Below are positions 52,835 to 64,000 of a stretch of DNA of 64,000 nt, piece after piece. The notes beneath the pieces were generated by a model that saw only the letters and a program-made list of their open reading frames with translations, was not told where the DNA came from and did not search any database. A program made the translations under genes and the position numbers. The DNA is from Lama glama (lineage: Eukaryota), in the NCBI GenBank assembly GCA_028534125.1, contig CM052818.1:40860001-40924000 (forward strand), written 5' to 3'. Numbering within the stretch: the stretch's first letter is position 1; each line of letters starts with the position of its first letter.

Positions 52835-54965
52835 AATGTTTGACAAAAAGAAATGAAGAAAACAGTCCTATTTACAGTAGCACCAAAAAACAATAAAATA
52901 CTTAAGAATAAATTTAACACTGGAAACTTAAGACATTGATGAAAGAAACTGAAGAAGACACAAATAAATGAAAAGGTAACCCTTGTCCGTAGATTAGAAG
53001 AATTAATATTGTTAAAATGTCCGTGCTGTCCAAAGCTACCTATAAATTCAGTACAATCCCTCTGTAGATTCCAAAGGCATTGTTCACAGAAAGAAAACCA
53101 AATCCTAAAGTTTGTATGGAATTTTAAAGATCTCTAATAGGTAAAGCAGTCTTGAGGAAAAAACAACAAGTTTGAGGCATTATATTTCCTGATTTTAAGC
53201 TATGTTACAAAGCCCTAGTAATCAAAACAGTATGCTGTTGGCATAAAAATAGACACATAGACCAATGGAGGAGAATGGAAGGAGCCCTGAAATAAACCGA
53301 TGCATATATGGCAAACTAATACTTGAATAAGGAGCCAAGAATATACTATGGGGAAAGGATTGTTTCTTTGATAAATTGTGTTGGGAAAACTGGATATCCA
53401 TGTACAAAGGAATGAAACTGGACCCCCTATCTTACACCTCTCCAAAAAACTCAAAACAGATTAAAACCTTAAATAGGCTTCTTGAAATCATAAAACTGCT
53501 AGAGGAAAACATAAAGAAGGAGCTCCTTGACATTGGTCTTGGCACTGATTTTTTTGGATTTGACACCAAAAGCACAAGCAACTAAAGCGAAAATGAGTAA
53601 GTGTAACTATATTAAACTAAAAAGCTTTTGCACAGCAAAAGAAACTGTAAAATAAACAGCCTACAGAATGGGAGAAAATATTTGCAAATCACGTGTCTGA
53701 TAAGGAGTTAATATCCGAACTACATAAGGAACTCATACAACTCAATAGTCAGAACTGAACAGTCCAATTAGAAAATTGGCAAAGAACCTGAAAAGACATT
53801 TTTCCAAAGACAAATGGCCAACAGGTGCATGGAAAGGGGCTCGACATCACTAGTTATCAGCAAAACCACAACGAGGTATCACCTTACACCTGTTAGCATG
53901 GCTGTTATCCAAAGGAGAAGAGAAAACAAAAGCTGGCAAGGATGTGGAGAAAAGGGAATGTTCGTGCACCGTCCCTGTACCAAACTGGTAAAGCCACCTG
54001 GAAAACAGTACCTCAGTTCCTCAACAGATTAAAAATAGAACTACCATATGATTCAGTAGTTCCACTTCTGGATATACATCCAGAGGGTACGAAGTTACTG
54101 TCTCAAAGAGATATCTGCACCCCCACGTTCATGCAGCATTATTTACAATAGCCAAGACAAAGAAACAGCCTAGATGTCTGACGAATGGATAAAGAAAATG
54201 TGGTGTGTGTTTATACATACATGTGTGCATATATACGGATACCCACACGTACATAAAATAGAATCTTATTCAGCCATAAGAAAAAGGAAATCCTGCCATA
54301 TGTAACAATGTGAATAAACCATGATAGTATTATGCTAAGTGAAATAAGTCAGACAGAGAAAGACAAATACTGCATGATCTCACTTACATGTGGAATCTAA
54401 AAAAGCCAAACTCATGAGAGCAGGAGAATGGTTGCCGGGATGAAGGAGTAGGGGAACGAGTGAAGGCTGACACAGGATACAGGGTATTTAAGATGAACAG
54501 ATCCTTTCCTATGTTTACTTCTAGGAGTTTCATGCTTTCAAGCCTTCTGTTAAGTCTTTAATCCATTTCAAGTTAATTTTTGTGAGTGGGGCCCAGTTTC
54601 ATTCCAGTTTTCCCAACTTAGTTTATTGAAGAGACTAACCTTTCCTAATTACATATTCTTGGCTCCTTTGTCAGATATTAGTTGGATTTATCTGCATGTG
54701 TTTGTGTGTTGTCTGTCCGTTCCATTGGTCTGTGTATCTTTTTATGCCAGTACAAATACTGTATTGTATACTTGAAAGTTGCTCAGAGAGTAGATTTCAA
54801 ATATTCTCACCACCAAAAACAAAAAAACAAAAAAAAACTGTGAGTTGTTGGATATGCTAACCTTATTGTGGTAATCATTTCGCAGTATATACATGTATCA
54901 AATCAACATGTTGTATACCTTAAAATTGTACAATGTTAAAAGTCAATTTTATCTCAGTAAACCTA
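52835..54965 (+). mobile_element. L1 (L1MA-like) ORF2 3' part plus 3' UTR, with internal antisense L1 segment
   Basis: CWENWISMYKGMKLDP..., KTTTRYHLTPVSMAVI...CGEKG, IELPYD; UTR ending tgtacaatgtt...tcaattttatctcagtaaa. Confidence 0.92.
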
Positions 54966-55331
54966 GGGAGAGACAAAAAAACTGTAACAGCTTTAGGAAG
55001 ACTAATGTAGTTTGAATTATTTTGATCGCTAACATTTGCCTAACATTGGTACTTTTATTATAAACCTTCAGAATTTTGGTATGTTAGATCTGGTTATGGT
55101 GAGAAAATGTTTTCCATTTGGTTCTCTCAAAATAAAACAGAAACCACCATTATACAGCTCACTGCTGTACTGTAAAATATTTTAAATGGAATAGATATTT
55201 CCACACCACTAAATGATTTTGTTATCTTTTTTTTTTAAACTATGAATCCATTTTTTCTAATGCTAGCCAACCTTTTTTGTAAAGAATTTAATGTTTCTTT
55301 TCTATACTTTGTTTTTATTACCTCATTCAAG

Positions 55332-55484
55332 GTTCAGCCTGGAGAGGGAAATAAAGCCGCTTTCAACGACATGAGGGCCTTATCTGGCGGTGAACGTTCT
55401 TTTTCCACGGTTTGCTTCATTCTTTCTCTGTGGTCCATTGCTGAATCTCCTTTCAGATGCCTGGATGAGTTTGATGTCTACATG
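55332..55484 (+). CDS. SMC6: SMC6 coding exon 24 (VQPGEG...LSGGERS...CLDEFDVYM), ABC signature and Walker B
   Basis: caag|GTT...ATG|gtagtg; 153 nt. Confidence 0.97.
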
Positions 55485-55719
55485 GTAGTGTTAACATTTA
55501 AATTCTCTAATTTTTTTTTTTTTAGTTAAATGTGTATTTTAAAAGGAAGCAACTGATTGTCTAGTTTTATCCCTAACAAAAAAGAGCCTTTAGCCTGTGA
55601 CAAGTAGAAGAGAACTAAAGACACCCTGTTCTCTCCCTTGCTGACATGCCACACCGGTGGGGACCCTGTCCTGGGTTTCAGCCTGTTCTCTAGTTTATTT
55701 CCATCTTCCGTTTTAACAC

Positions 55720-57375
55720 AGAATTCGGAGCAGTTCACCGCCCTGGCCTTGACTTACTCTCGCCACCATTTCTTCTCTCCCTTCCTTCACAGCCACGTTT
55801 TTCAAAAGAGCAGTATATATGACACAAGGGAGCAAGAACATTTGACTTTAAAGTTTAAAAACTTAAGATTGAGACCTGTCTCTGTGACTTGGACAAAGTG
55901 CCTGTCCTCTGGGGCTCAGTGTCTGCCTCTGTGAAGTCAGATGGCCAACCTCCCCGCCTCGCAGGGTCATAGTGAGGCCGCACGAGGTCTTGTGTGTCAC
56001 GTACTCACTGTGGCGCGGACACACAGTAAGTCTCCCCAAATCAGCCGTCAGGCATTCTCTTTACCTCTCTGTGCTTCATTCTTTACTAACTCCACTGTAA
56101 TCTGGGTTCAGACTACAATACTGCAGCAAAACTTGGTTAGGAAATATCATAAATGAGCTTTGATTCTTTGAAGTATTTTGCACCACAGAGTGACGTTCCA
56201 TCTCCTAAACTGTGTCTTCTTACTGCCTCTTCGTTCTCGACCTGCCAATCCACCTGCCCTAATTTGGGTGCCCTTAAACATTTGAGGCCTTTGTTTTTTA
56301 TACTGTTGTTAATTTTCCTGGGTACCGTATCCTACCTCCTGCACACCTCCTGCACACCTCCTCCCCCCCACACCCTCCCACAGTCCACAGTCTCCTACTG
56401 ACATTTGGATACCTACCAGCTCTAAGTATCTCACTCCGACGTCTCTCTTGCCCTGTAGGCCCATCTGCCCAGCCTCCTGTTAGACACCATCTAGTGAACA
56501 ACCCACTTCTTGAACTCAGCATGTCTGAGACTGAGTTTGTTTTCCACTCAAAGCCTTTCTTTTCCTAAGTTCCTGTCCTTGGTTAGTGGCAAATTCCCAT
56601 CACCAACCCAGCACCTACTGCTCAACCGGTGATTCATCTGTGATTCTTTCCTTGTTATTCACACAGTAAGTCCGACCTCTGTTCCTCTTTTAAAATATCT
56701 CCCTGGTCTCTCCCATCTGCTCCTTCCTGTCACGTCTCCTGTCTTCACCTCTTGCTTATTGTAATCGTTTCCTGTCCAGACTCCCAGACTTCAGTCCTGT
56801 TCCTTCTTCTTTCTCCTTCACCATCTTGCCAGGTTTATCTTTCTAAAATAAACCTGATTGTGGTCACTGACTTGTTCAAAAGTCTCTGGTGGTCAGTTAT
56901 TCTGTGTTTGATAAATGTTTGCTTCTGTAGGTCATGAGCTCCTTCACGGTACATCGTATCCACCTACTTTTTCAGTGGGATAAAGCTATTTGTAGTTTTC
57001 CAAACACTGCACCTCTGCCCTTTGTGTGTCACATCCATGTCACACTCCGACTCACCTTTTAAGACTCAGTTCAGATGTCACCTTCATGACCACCACCCTG
57101 CCAGGCAGGATTAGGGACTTTTTAGAGCTTCCTCAGCCCTACTTTACATCAACTCATACAATTATATTATTTTTATACTTTATAGTATAAAGTATTACAT
57201 ATATACACATTATTATATATATTATATATATTTCATTCTGTTGCAGTCCCCTATTTTCATGTCTGAATCACCCACCAAATTGTAAACTTTTTGAAATTAT
57301 CAACTATTTCTTAATATATTTCTGCCTCCTAATGCCTAGCCCATAAATGGCATTTAGAAAATGCTAATTTGTGAA
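55720..57375 (+). mobile_element. Degraded L2 with embedded MIR (~55830-56040)
   Basis: L2 motifs (cttgaactcagcatgtctgagactgag, aagactcagttcagatgtcacc, tgtaaactttttga); MIR core gtgacttggacaaag...tgtgaag. Confidence 0.55.
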
Positions 57376-58629
57376 TCAGGATTCGTACTTTTCAGTGCTG
57401 TATAATCCTTCAGTGTTTTTTTTCCCTATGGTATCATAGCTGAAGATTAGTTAGAAATTCCTCTGAGAATTGGCTTCAAAGCTAATTCACAAATCATAGA
57501 AGATCATTGTTCTTTCCATGCAGCATTTTTGTTCAGAATGACATTATGCAGTCTTATCACCGATTTTATTTGCCACATTTAATTCTGAACAACTTCTTTC
57601 TCTTTCAGAAACTTAGAGGTTCTTAATCAAAATGGCATTTTGCCTCATTGAAATTATTCAGAGAAGTGTACCCAACTTTGAAGAACAATCCAAAGGAAAT
57701 GAATAAATTTTTTTGCTGCATTGGCAGCTCTGTTACTATTCAGTGACAGATAGGCTTTCCTAGGGCAGTGTTTTGAAAGGACAGTGTTCAGTTGGGGCAA
57801 GCTCTGGTGACTTTTGTTAATTTTAAGTTAGGTTGCTTTACAGATATGCCTGATGGAAGAATTTATAGAATGAGAGCCACTGAGCGGTATAGCCAGGATG
57901 CAGGTCCCCTGTCTGCCTCGGGAGCCTGAGTTCTAAGCCGCCGTGCTGTAGTGTCACACGTGCTTTCATTTGTCTGTGTTTTCGAATTTCAGGAGTTTTC
58001 AGGGGGTGGGTACTTTGATGTTTAGCTTTTTCTGTTTTTTAACTCAGATTAATGTATTTAGCTTCAAAACCTGTTATTACCAAGCATTTTTTCTTACACA
58101 CTGATGTGCTGTTTAACTTACTTTAGAGATTCAGTCAAGAGATTAGTGTGTAAATTTAAATTGGCTCACATTGTACAAGTTGTAGAAGATGACGAGGAAG
58201 GAGTTTTTAAAACAGCTTAAAATCATTGAGGGAAAATTTGACAGAGTAAATTTGAAACTAGTCACTTTTGATACCTTTCTCCTGAGTAATTATACTATTA
58301 TTTTATATATTAGATTCATTCCATAACATCTAGTTGTATCTTCTGACTATTTTCTGATTATTTTAATTGTTGAGTATATTTGAGGCAGGGAGCTATACTT
58401 ACAAATACTTTCGACTATAGAAATTACATGGAAGATACCTATGTTTTCGGGTTTTTTCCCCTAAAAATTTTAGATATCTTCCCCTGTGCGTATGAATTGC
58501 TTGGCCGCATAGATAAGATATGGATGATCTCTAGATAAAAATCCAGGAGTTTGCAACAGCCAGCAGGACGCTGCTTTCCCAGGGACGTGATTGACATGGC
58601 AGCACTCTGACTTCTGCCTTGTTCCCCAG

Positions 58630-58727
58630 GACATGGTCAACCGGAGAATCGCGATGGACATGATCCTCAAGATGGCAGATTCCCAGCGCTTCAGACAGTT
58701 TATCTTGCTTACCCCTCAAAGCATGAG
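58630..58727 (+). CDS. SMC6: SMC6 coding exon 25 ([10 protein letters not shown]...LTPQSM)
   Basis: ccag|GAC...ATG AG|gtaatg; 98 nt. Confidence 0.95.
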
Positions 58728-58754
58728 GTAATGAGGTAACTTTTTAAAACTCTC

Positions 58755-58836
58755 TGTGAATACGCACACACACACACACACATATATATATATGTGTATA
58801 TATATATATGTATGTGAATACACACACACATATATA

Positions 58837-58868
<32 letters not shown>

Positions 58869-58880
58869 TGTAAGTATATA
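58755..58880. repeat. Compound (CA)n/(TA)n/(TG)n microsatellite
   Basis: Directly visible alternating purine-pyrimidine tract. Confidence 0.95.
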
Positions 58881-59673
58881 AAAGGGGACAAGAAAGCTTT
58901 TATATTCTTTATTTTAAAAGTGCAGATGCATAAATGACCAGTAAAAAGAAAAATTAGCCTCTAAACTAGTTCTACAGATTTAAGGTAGTTTTTCCTTATT
59001 AGATATTTAAATTTTTATTTGGGTTATCTCCCTTCCATAACAGGGGCAATTTTATTTGAATATGATTGTTGACTTGTTAATATTTCTACTTTGAATCTGC
59101 TCTTCTGTGGTTGTCATGACCAACTAATATAAGTTAATTTTGTAATTCTACTTAGACTAAAGAAACAGTTTATGATTTCCCTAGTCTCGACTCTTTTCCT
59201 GGTGACTTACAGGTACAAGTCTTTCTAAATAAAGAACTCTACTCTGCTGTCAGTCAGCACTTAATGGGTACCTCCGAGGTGTCAGGCTCTGTGTCACTTA
59301 AAGTTGCTGTTCTGTCTCTAACGTGGTCACTTGATCATATGGGGGTTTACATTTGTGACTGAAAATGCTCAGGTGACTCCTTCCTGGCTAGACAAGAGGA
59401 GTAAGAGGTAGAAATAGCTGAAACATAAATCCCCTTCATTTCTTCTTCCTTTAAACTGAAAAGCCATGGTATGTAGCAGGAAGTCAGTTTTCCAAAATGA
59501 AAACAACTTCCTTATGGCAAATGATACTTCTCCTAGAATTTCAGATGCTAACATATTCCCCCTATTAGCAGATCACAGCCATTTAGACATACTTTCATGA
59601 CGTAGTATTAGAATTTTTTCTGATGTAGAAAATTTTTCTTGGAAGTTGGAGTAATTAATTTTGCTTCCTCTAG

Positions 59674-59788
59674 TTCACTTCCATCAAGTAAACTGATTAG
59701 AATCCTTCGAATGTCTGACCCTGAGAGAGGACAAACTACGTTGCCTTTCCGACCTGTGTCTCAAGAGGAAGAAGAAGACCGGAGTTGA
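59674..59788 (+). CDS. SMC6: SMC6 last coding exon ([11 protein letters not shown]...EEEEDRS*)
   Basis: ctag|T TCA...AGT TGA; stop at 59786-59788. Confidence 0.96.
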
Positions 59789-61600
59789 TCTGTGACCTAA
59801 TGTGCCATGTCCTCGTGTTGAAAGATCTGTAAAGGGAAAAACATTCAGGACGCTTTGAGGAAATAAAATGAAATTGAAGATATTCTAAAATAAACTCCTT
59901 TATGTATCTGACCACAACAAAACATGTAAATAAGCCCAGGAGACCAACCACAACCAGCAGTTTTAAATTACTGTTGCTTTACTTTGAAAAAATCAATTTC
60001 ATAGTACCGGTTTTAAATCTTTTTAAGTTTGTTTGTTTTTTATTTAACCATCTACTTTTATAGATTCTTTTTCAGAAGTAAAATTTTGTACATATTTACA
60101 TGTACATACCTGTTTAGTTTGGGTTCATTTCTATAGTATTTTGTAAGAATGAAAATAAAAGTTTGAGCACCTGGTTATATTTAGTTTTGCTTTCCCAGAA
60201 TATTACTTTATTCTCATTGCAGGGGGTGGAGCAGCGCACAGGCGGGCTGTGGACAGGGACCAGCTTACAGTGGATTTATTGTCTGCTTTTTGCTTATTAA
60301 TGAGGAGGGACCTACCCAGGACTGAAAAAAACTTTGGTCAGAATCTCTGCACAGGTAATTTTTAACCCTAGAGATACAACTACAGATTTGGACTGTAGTT
60401 TTAATCACTGTGTTCTGTCACATTTAAGATGCTCTCTGTTTATGAGGCACTTTCTCAGAGTACTAAACCACTGCCAGCTCTGACACAGTGCCTTTCAACC
60501 CCTGAGCCATCGTCCACCCAACTAAACGCTGGAACTGGATTATGGCATGTGTGCACCCTGACCTGAAGCGTGCCTGCCTGCTTTCTCGTCCCTCAGTTTG
60601 CAGTCCAAGGCCTCTCAAGTTCTAGCTCTGCTGGGAGGCCAGAGGGACTGTGCAGCGCAGGCTGAGGAGAAGGGGGAAAGCTGGGGTGGAGGGCGGCTCC
60701 CCCTGGAGCAGAGAAGTAGCTGGGAGCCAAAGGCCCAGCTGCTGGTGGGGAGCTGATGTCAGTTACAGGACACATCCTGATTAGCGCTGTTAAAAAGTCT
60801 GCTTCTTAGAGTGATAAATATAGCCTGTCGTAAGCATTGGTGTTAAAGAACTTTTTCTTTTAAGAAAACATGGATAAACTACTGCCTATGTTTGACACTA
60901 AGATTATTGCTAACCTTTTTAAAAAGATGTGGATGTCCAACAAGAAAAATTCCCTATATTGTTAGCAATAAATATGTATGAAATTGAAAAGGAAGTATGT
61001 TAAGAAAATGGCAGTATTTTAAAAGCAGCGGCATTGTTACTGAGAAAAACTGGGGTTTGTGTTTGCTTTTGGTGAGGGGAGGGACTCTAATTTAGTCTTA
61101 AGTTGAGATAAATTGGCAAAGGAAAAGTCCAAAAACTTTTGCGTTTCTATTCTAAGAATTTACAGAAAGAGGAAACATGTGCCGGATGTTTTAAACACCC
61201 CCCCACTAACCATACAAAGTCTGATTTTTTTAAAGTTACATTTATAACTCATTTGTATCAAAGCTATTTTAACATACATGTGCTTTTTCAAATAAAAAAA
61301 TGAAGTAGAATATACCAAATGCATAAACTTTTATTAGTTAAATAATTTCAGTGTCTGAATTTGTGTGATAGTTTTTGAGCGTTACGGTTCTTAATACAGA
61401 ATGGGAAATAGAATCCTCAGGTATCCAAGAAGTTTGTTGAGTTGAAGATTATTCATTGCTTTGGGCTCACAGTTTTGGTTTCAACTATTATAAGTGAAAA
61501 TATCTTCAGTTATTATTCTAATTGATACTAATATTAATTAGAATAAAAAATTGTCTTTTTGAAATACGTGTAACTTTTAAAAATAAAACTTTAAGTTTAC
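59789..61600 (+). other. SMC6: SMC6 3' UTR with several candidate poly(A) signals; true 3' end uncertain
   Basis: AATAAA at 59862, 59889, 60154, 60967, 61291, 61542, 61582. The 60154 site has upstream TGTA motifs and a downstream T-rich tract. Confidence 0.6.
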
Positions 61601-62547
61601 ATGTACTTAGGGTCATGCTTTTGTAAATTGGGGAAGGTAGTATTAATTGACAAAACCAAACCTCTTCAGGAGTAGTAACTTGAATGCCTCATACAGAGAG
61701 GACTTTTCGCCACCGGTTCGTCGTCGGGGCAGCTATGCCTGGACTGAGCCATGAAGTCCAGGGAAGCAAGGAAGAAATGCTTCCTTGGATTCTTAAATCC
61801 TACCTTCTCGGATCTTTTGGGGGTGGACATGATTAAAAATTATTCTCAAAATGACGTATGTGATTAGTGCTAGTAAACCGGATGTAAAGGCATTGCATTC
61901 TTAAATATTTTCCATATTTTCCCTTCCCTTCCTCCCATCCCCTGGTTCTTTTTTGCATGTCTTCAAAATGTCTGGGCTGTTTATTTATGGAGACCAAAAT
62001 GCTTCAATTCTGTGTAAGAAACTGTTGGCTGGGACTCACGCTGGATCAGAATTGTTGCCAACTGTGATTGAAAACCAAGGAATCCAGAACGTCTGATTGA
62101 GTTTTCCTGAGTACACATTAGATGTCGTACAATTGAGCATGTCCTCAGTCAGTCACTTTCTGCTTAGATTTGTTTCCTCATCTACATAGTGCCTGCACTT
62201 TGCCTAATGCAGATTTTTCAGAAGAATTGGTTTGAAACTTCAAGTTCTGAAAGTTTAAACAGTTACTGATATTTCATGACTTGAACTAAATGCCTGTGGA
62301 CTTGAAGATACATCAAAATATTCTGTAATAGGAACACAGTTTGTTCTTTAAGAGTGGATATAAATTTGCTATTTCTTTGAGTCAGCAAATGAAATTTTCT
62401 TAATTATATATAATATTGATACCTAGCCTGTTGCATTTTGGCTAGGGCAGCGGATAAAGTCCATAGAAACTAAAGCGGCCTGAGAATATCATTAAGCTTA
62501 AGGGGGCTTTTGTTGCCTAATTTCTTCTCCGTTTAAGGATGGAGAGA

Positions 62548-63620
62548 TTAATTCAGTAACATGGTTACGTTTCTGCCATGTGCTAGGAACTGTTTTAAGC
62601 ACTGGGAATCCTACTGTAATACAAAATCTGCCTTTGTGGAGCTTAAAGTCTGGTTAAGAGTAGCATCATACCATGTATTATTTCAGATTATGGTCATTGT
62701 TACAGAAAATAAGAAAGCAGGGTAAGGAGTTGAGAGCAGAGGGGAGAGTATATTGGATGTGGTGTTAAGGAAAGACTTTGCAGAAGGTCACGTTTAAGCA
62801 GAGGCCTGAAGCAAGTGAGAGAAGAGCTAAGGAGAGATACCTAGGGTTGATGGTTCCGGGTAGAGCGCAGAGACCTAAGGGTGAGAATGAACTTCACGTC
62901 CAAGACTCTTACGGCCAGTGTTGATGAGCGTGGTGAGCACAAGGTGAGGTTCAGAGGCAGACAGAAAAGTGAGATTGTTCGAGGTGTCAGGCAGGTGTTC
63001 ACACCTGGTCTGGGAAGTATTTTCACAGCACCCCTGTGGCAGCTGTGCGAACAGGTTAGGATTAGAGTGGGACAGACATGGAAAGGATAGGCGGTCTGGA
63101 GGCTTCTGTGGCGATCCGGGTAAGAGCATGGTGACTTGGACTAGAGAGGTGGAGAGAGAAGCGTTAAGATTTGAAATCCAGAGGCGGTGGGACTTGCTGA
63201 TAAGAATACAGTTGACCCGTGAACAACATGGGGGTCAGGAGCAACAACCCTCCGAGCAGAAATCCACATGGGATTTATCGTTGGCCCTCCATCCGTATCC
63301 GCTCTTCCTCAGGGTCTGCCCTTGTGCGCACGTGGATCCGGTAGCACTGTAGTCTCTACTACTGAAAAAAACCCGCCTGACCTGTGCCGTTCAGGTCCGT
63401 GTTCGAGGGTCAGCTGTTCTGTGGAGTTGTGAGAGGGGTCGAGGATGACTGGCCTGGGCCTGCAGCCTCAAACACGGGGGTGAGTGATGGTGTCCATCGC
63501 AGAGCAAGGGGAGGCGCGGGGGTGCGGCAGAGCAGTGCGCGGCTCGGGGAGCAGCAGAGCAGCTGGTGCCAGCAGGTGCCACCTGAGATAGCTAGTTGGT
63601 TAATCAGGTATTTGATGGGT
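62548..63620 (-). mobile_element. L2 relic downstream of SMC6
   Basis: attcagtaacat...tgtgctaggaactgttttaagcactggg...gaaggtcacgtttaagcagaggcctgaag. Confidence 0.7.
63209..63416. mobile_element. Tigger2-family MITE nested in L2
   Basis: TA followed by TIR CAGTTGACCC...GGGTCAGCTG. Confidence 0.75.
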
Positions 63621-64000
63621 TACTTTGTGTTGGTAAATGTAAGAACTTGAAAAACAGTAACATAAGGTATGAGTCTAGAGAGCTATATTTTGCCTACAAA
63701 ATGCTGGGAAAAACCCAAATCATGTGCCCAAAGTGGGAAACTTAATTGCTTATACAAAAGGACCTAAGGGAACAGTGTCATTTTATTTAGAAGCTCTCAT
63801 TGACTATCATTTTCTCAGTAAACCCCTACACATCCTGTGCCGTGAGGCTCTCTGCAGACGTCTGTTTAAGCGTGTGTTTTACTTCCTGACATGGTTTCCA
63901 GCGGCGTGGAGGAAATAAGCATCTGGCCTCTTGAAGAAAGTGGTTCATATTATTCATCTAGAGACTGATCCTGAGTGAAGGAATTGCAGGGAAATGAAGC

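Larger units (their letters stand above)
3253..59788 (+). other. SMC6: SMC6 gene, coding span (24 visible coding exons, 2 more inferred in gaps; upstream non-coding exons not identified here)
   Basis: Spliced translation matches mammalian SMC6 from MAKRKEENF... to ...[16 protein letters not shown], with Walker A start (VGNNGS), hinge (PIGPLGACI), signature LSGGERS and Walker [11 protein letters not shown]. Visible exons plus 106 and 81 nt sum to 3294 nt. Confidence 0.98.

Noticed and set aside
63380..63590. CpG-containing GC-rich patch, possible promoter or CpG island
   Set aside because: Short (~200 bp) and within L2/Tigger-derived sequence; no other support
1..64000. Prokaryotic systems (CRISPR arrays, SMC-based Wadjet-like defence, operons)
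   Set aside because: The window is mammalian intron-exon DNA; the SMC protein is the canonical spliced SMC6 and no repeat-spacer array is visible

Overview
Mammalian (eukaryotic) genomic DNA, most likely from a camelid judging by a Vic-1-like tRNA-derived SINE at ~45.3 kb. The window holds nearly the whole coding span of SMC6 (Smc5/6 complex ATPase subunit) on the + strand: ATG at 3258, stop at 59786-59788, then a 3' UTR. I mapped 24 coding exons with GT-AG boundaries and consistent phases. Two expected exons (Walker A second half, ~106 nt; a ~81-nt coiled-coil exon) are not visible and most likely lie in 500-N assembly gaps. With them the CDS would be 3294 nt (1097 aa). A third gap is spurious (199-bp exact overlap). 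Introns are filled with L1, L2, MIR, MER/Charlie/Tigger and MaLR relics; repeat subfamily calls are from recalled consensus motifs and are approximate. Most ORF-track entries are noise or exon read-through. I found no convincing novel biological system. The most interesting details are a truncated U2 snRNA retrocopy with TSDs, a tandemly duplicated splice donor that could give an NMD-escaping truncated SMC6, a Pumilio-element cluster in the 3' UTR, an L1 with an internal antisense segment, and an unexplained stem-loop/diverged-repeat region at ~6.9-9.4 kb.
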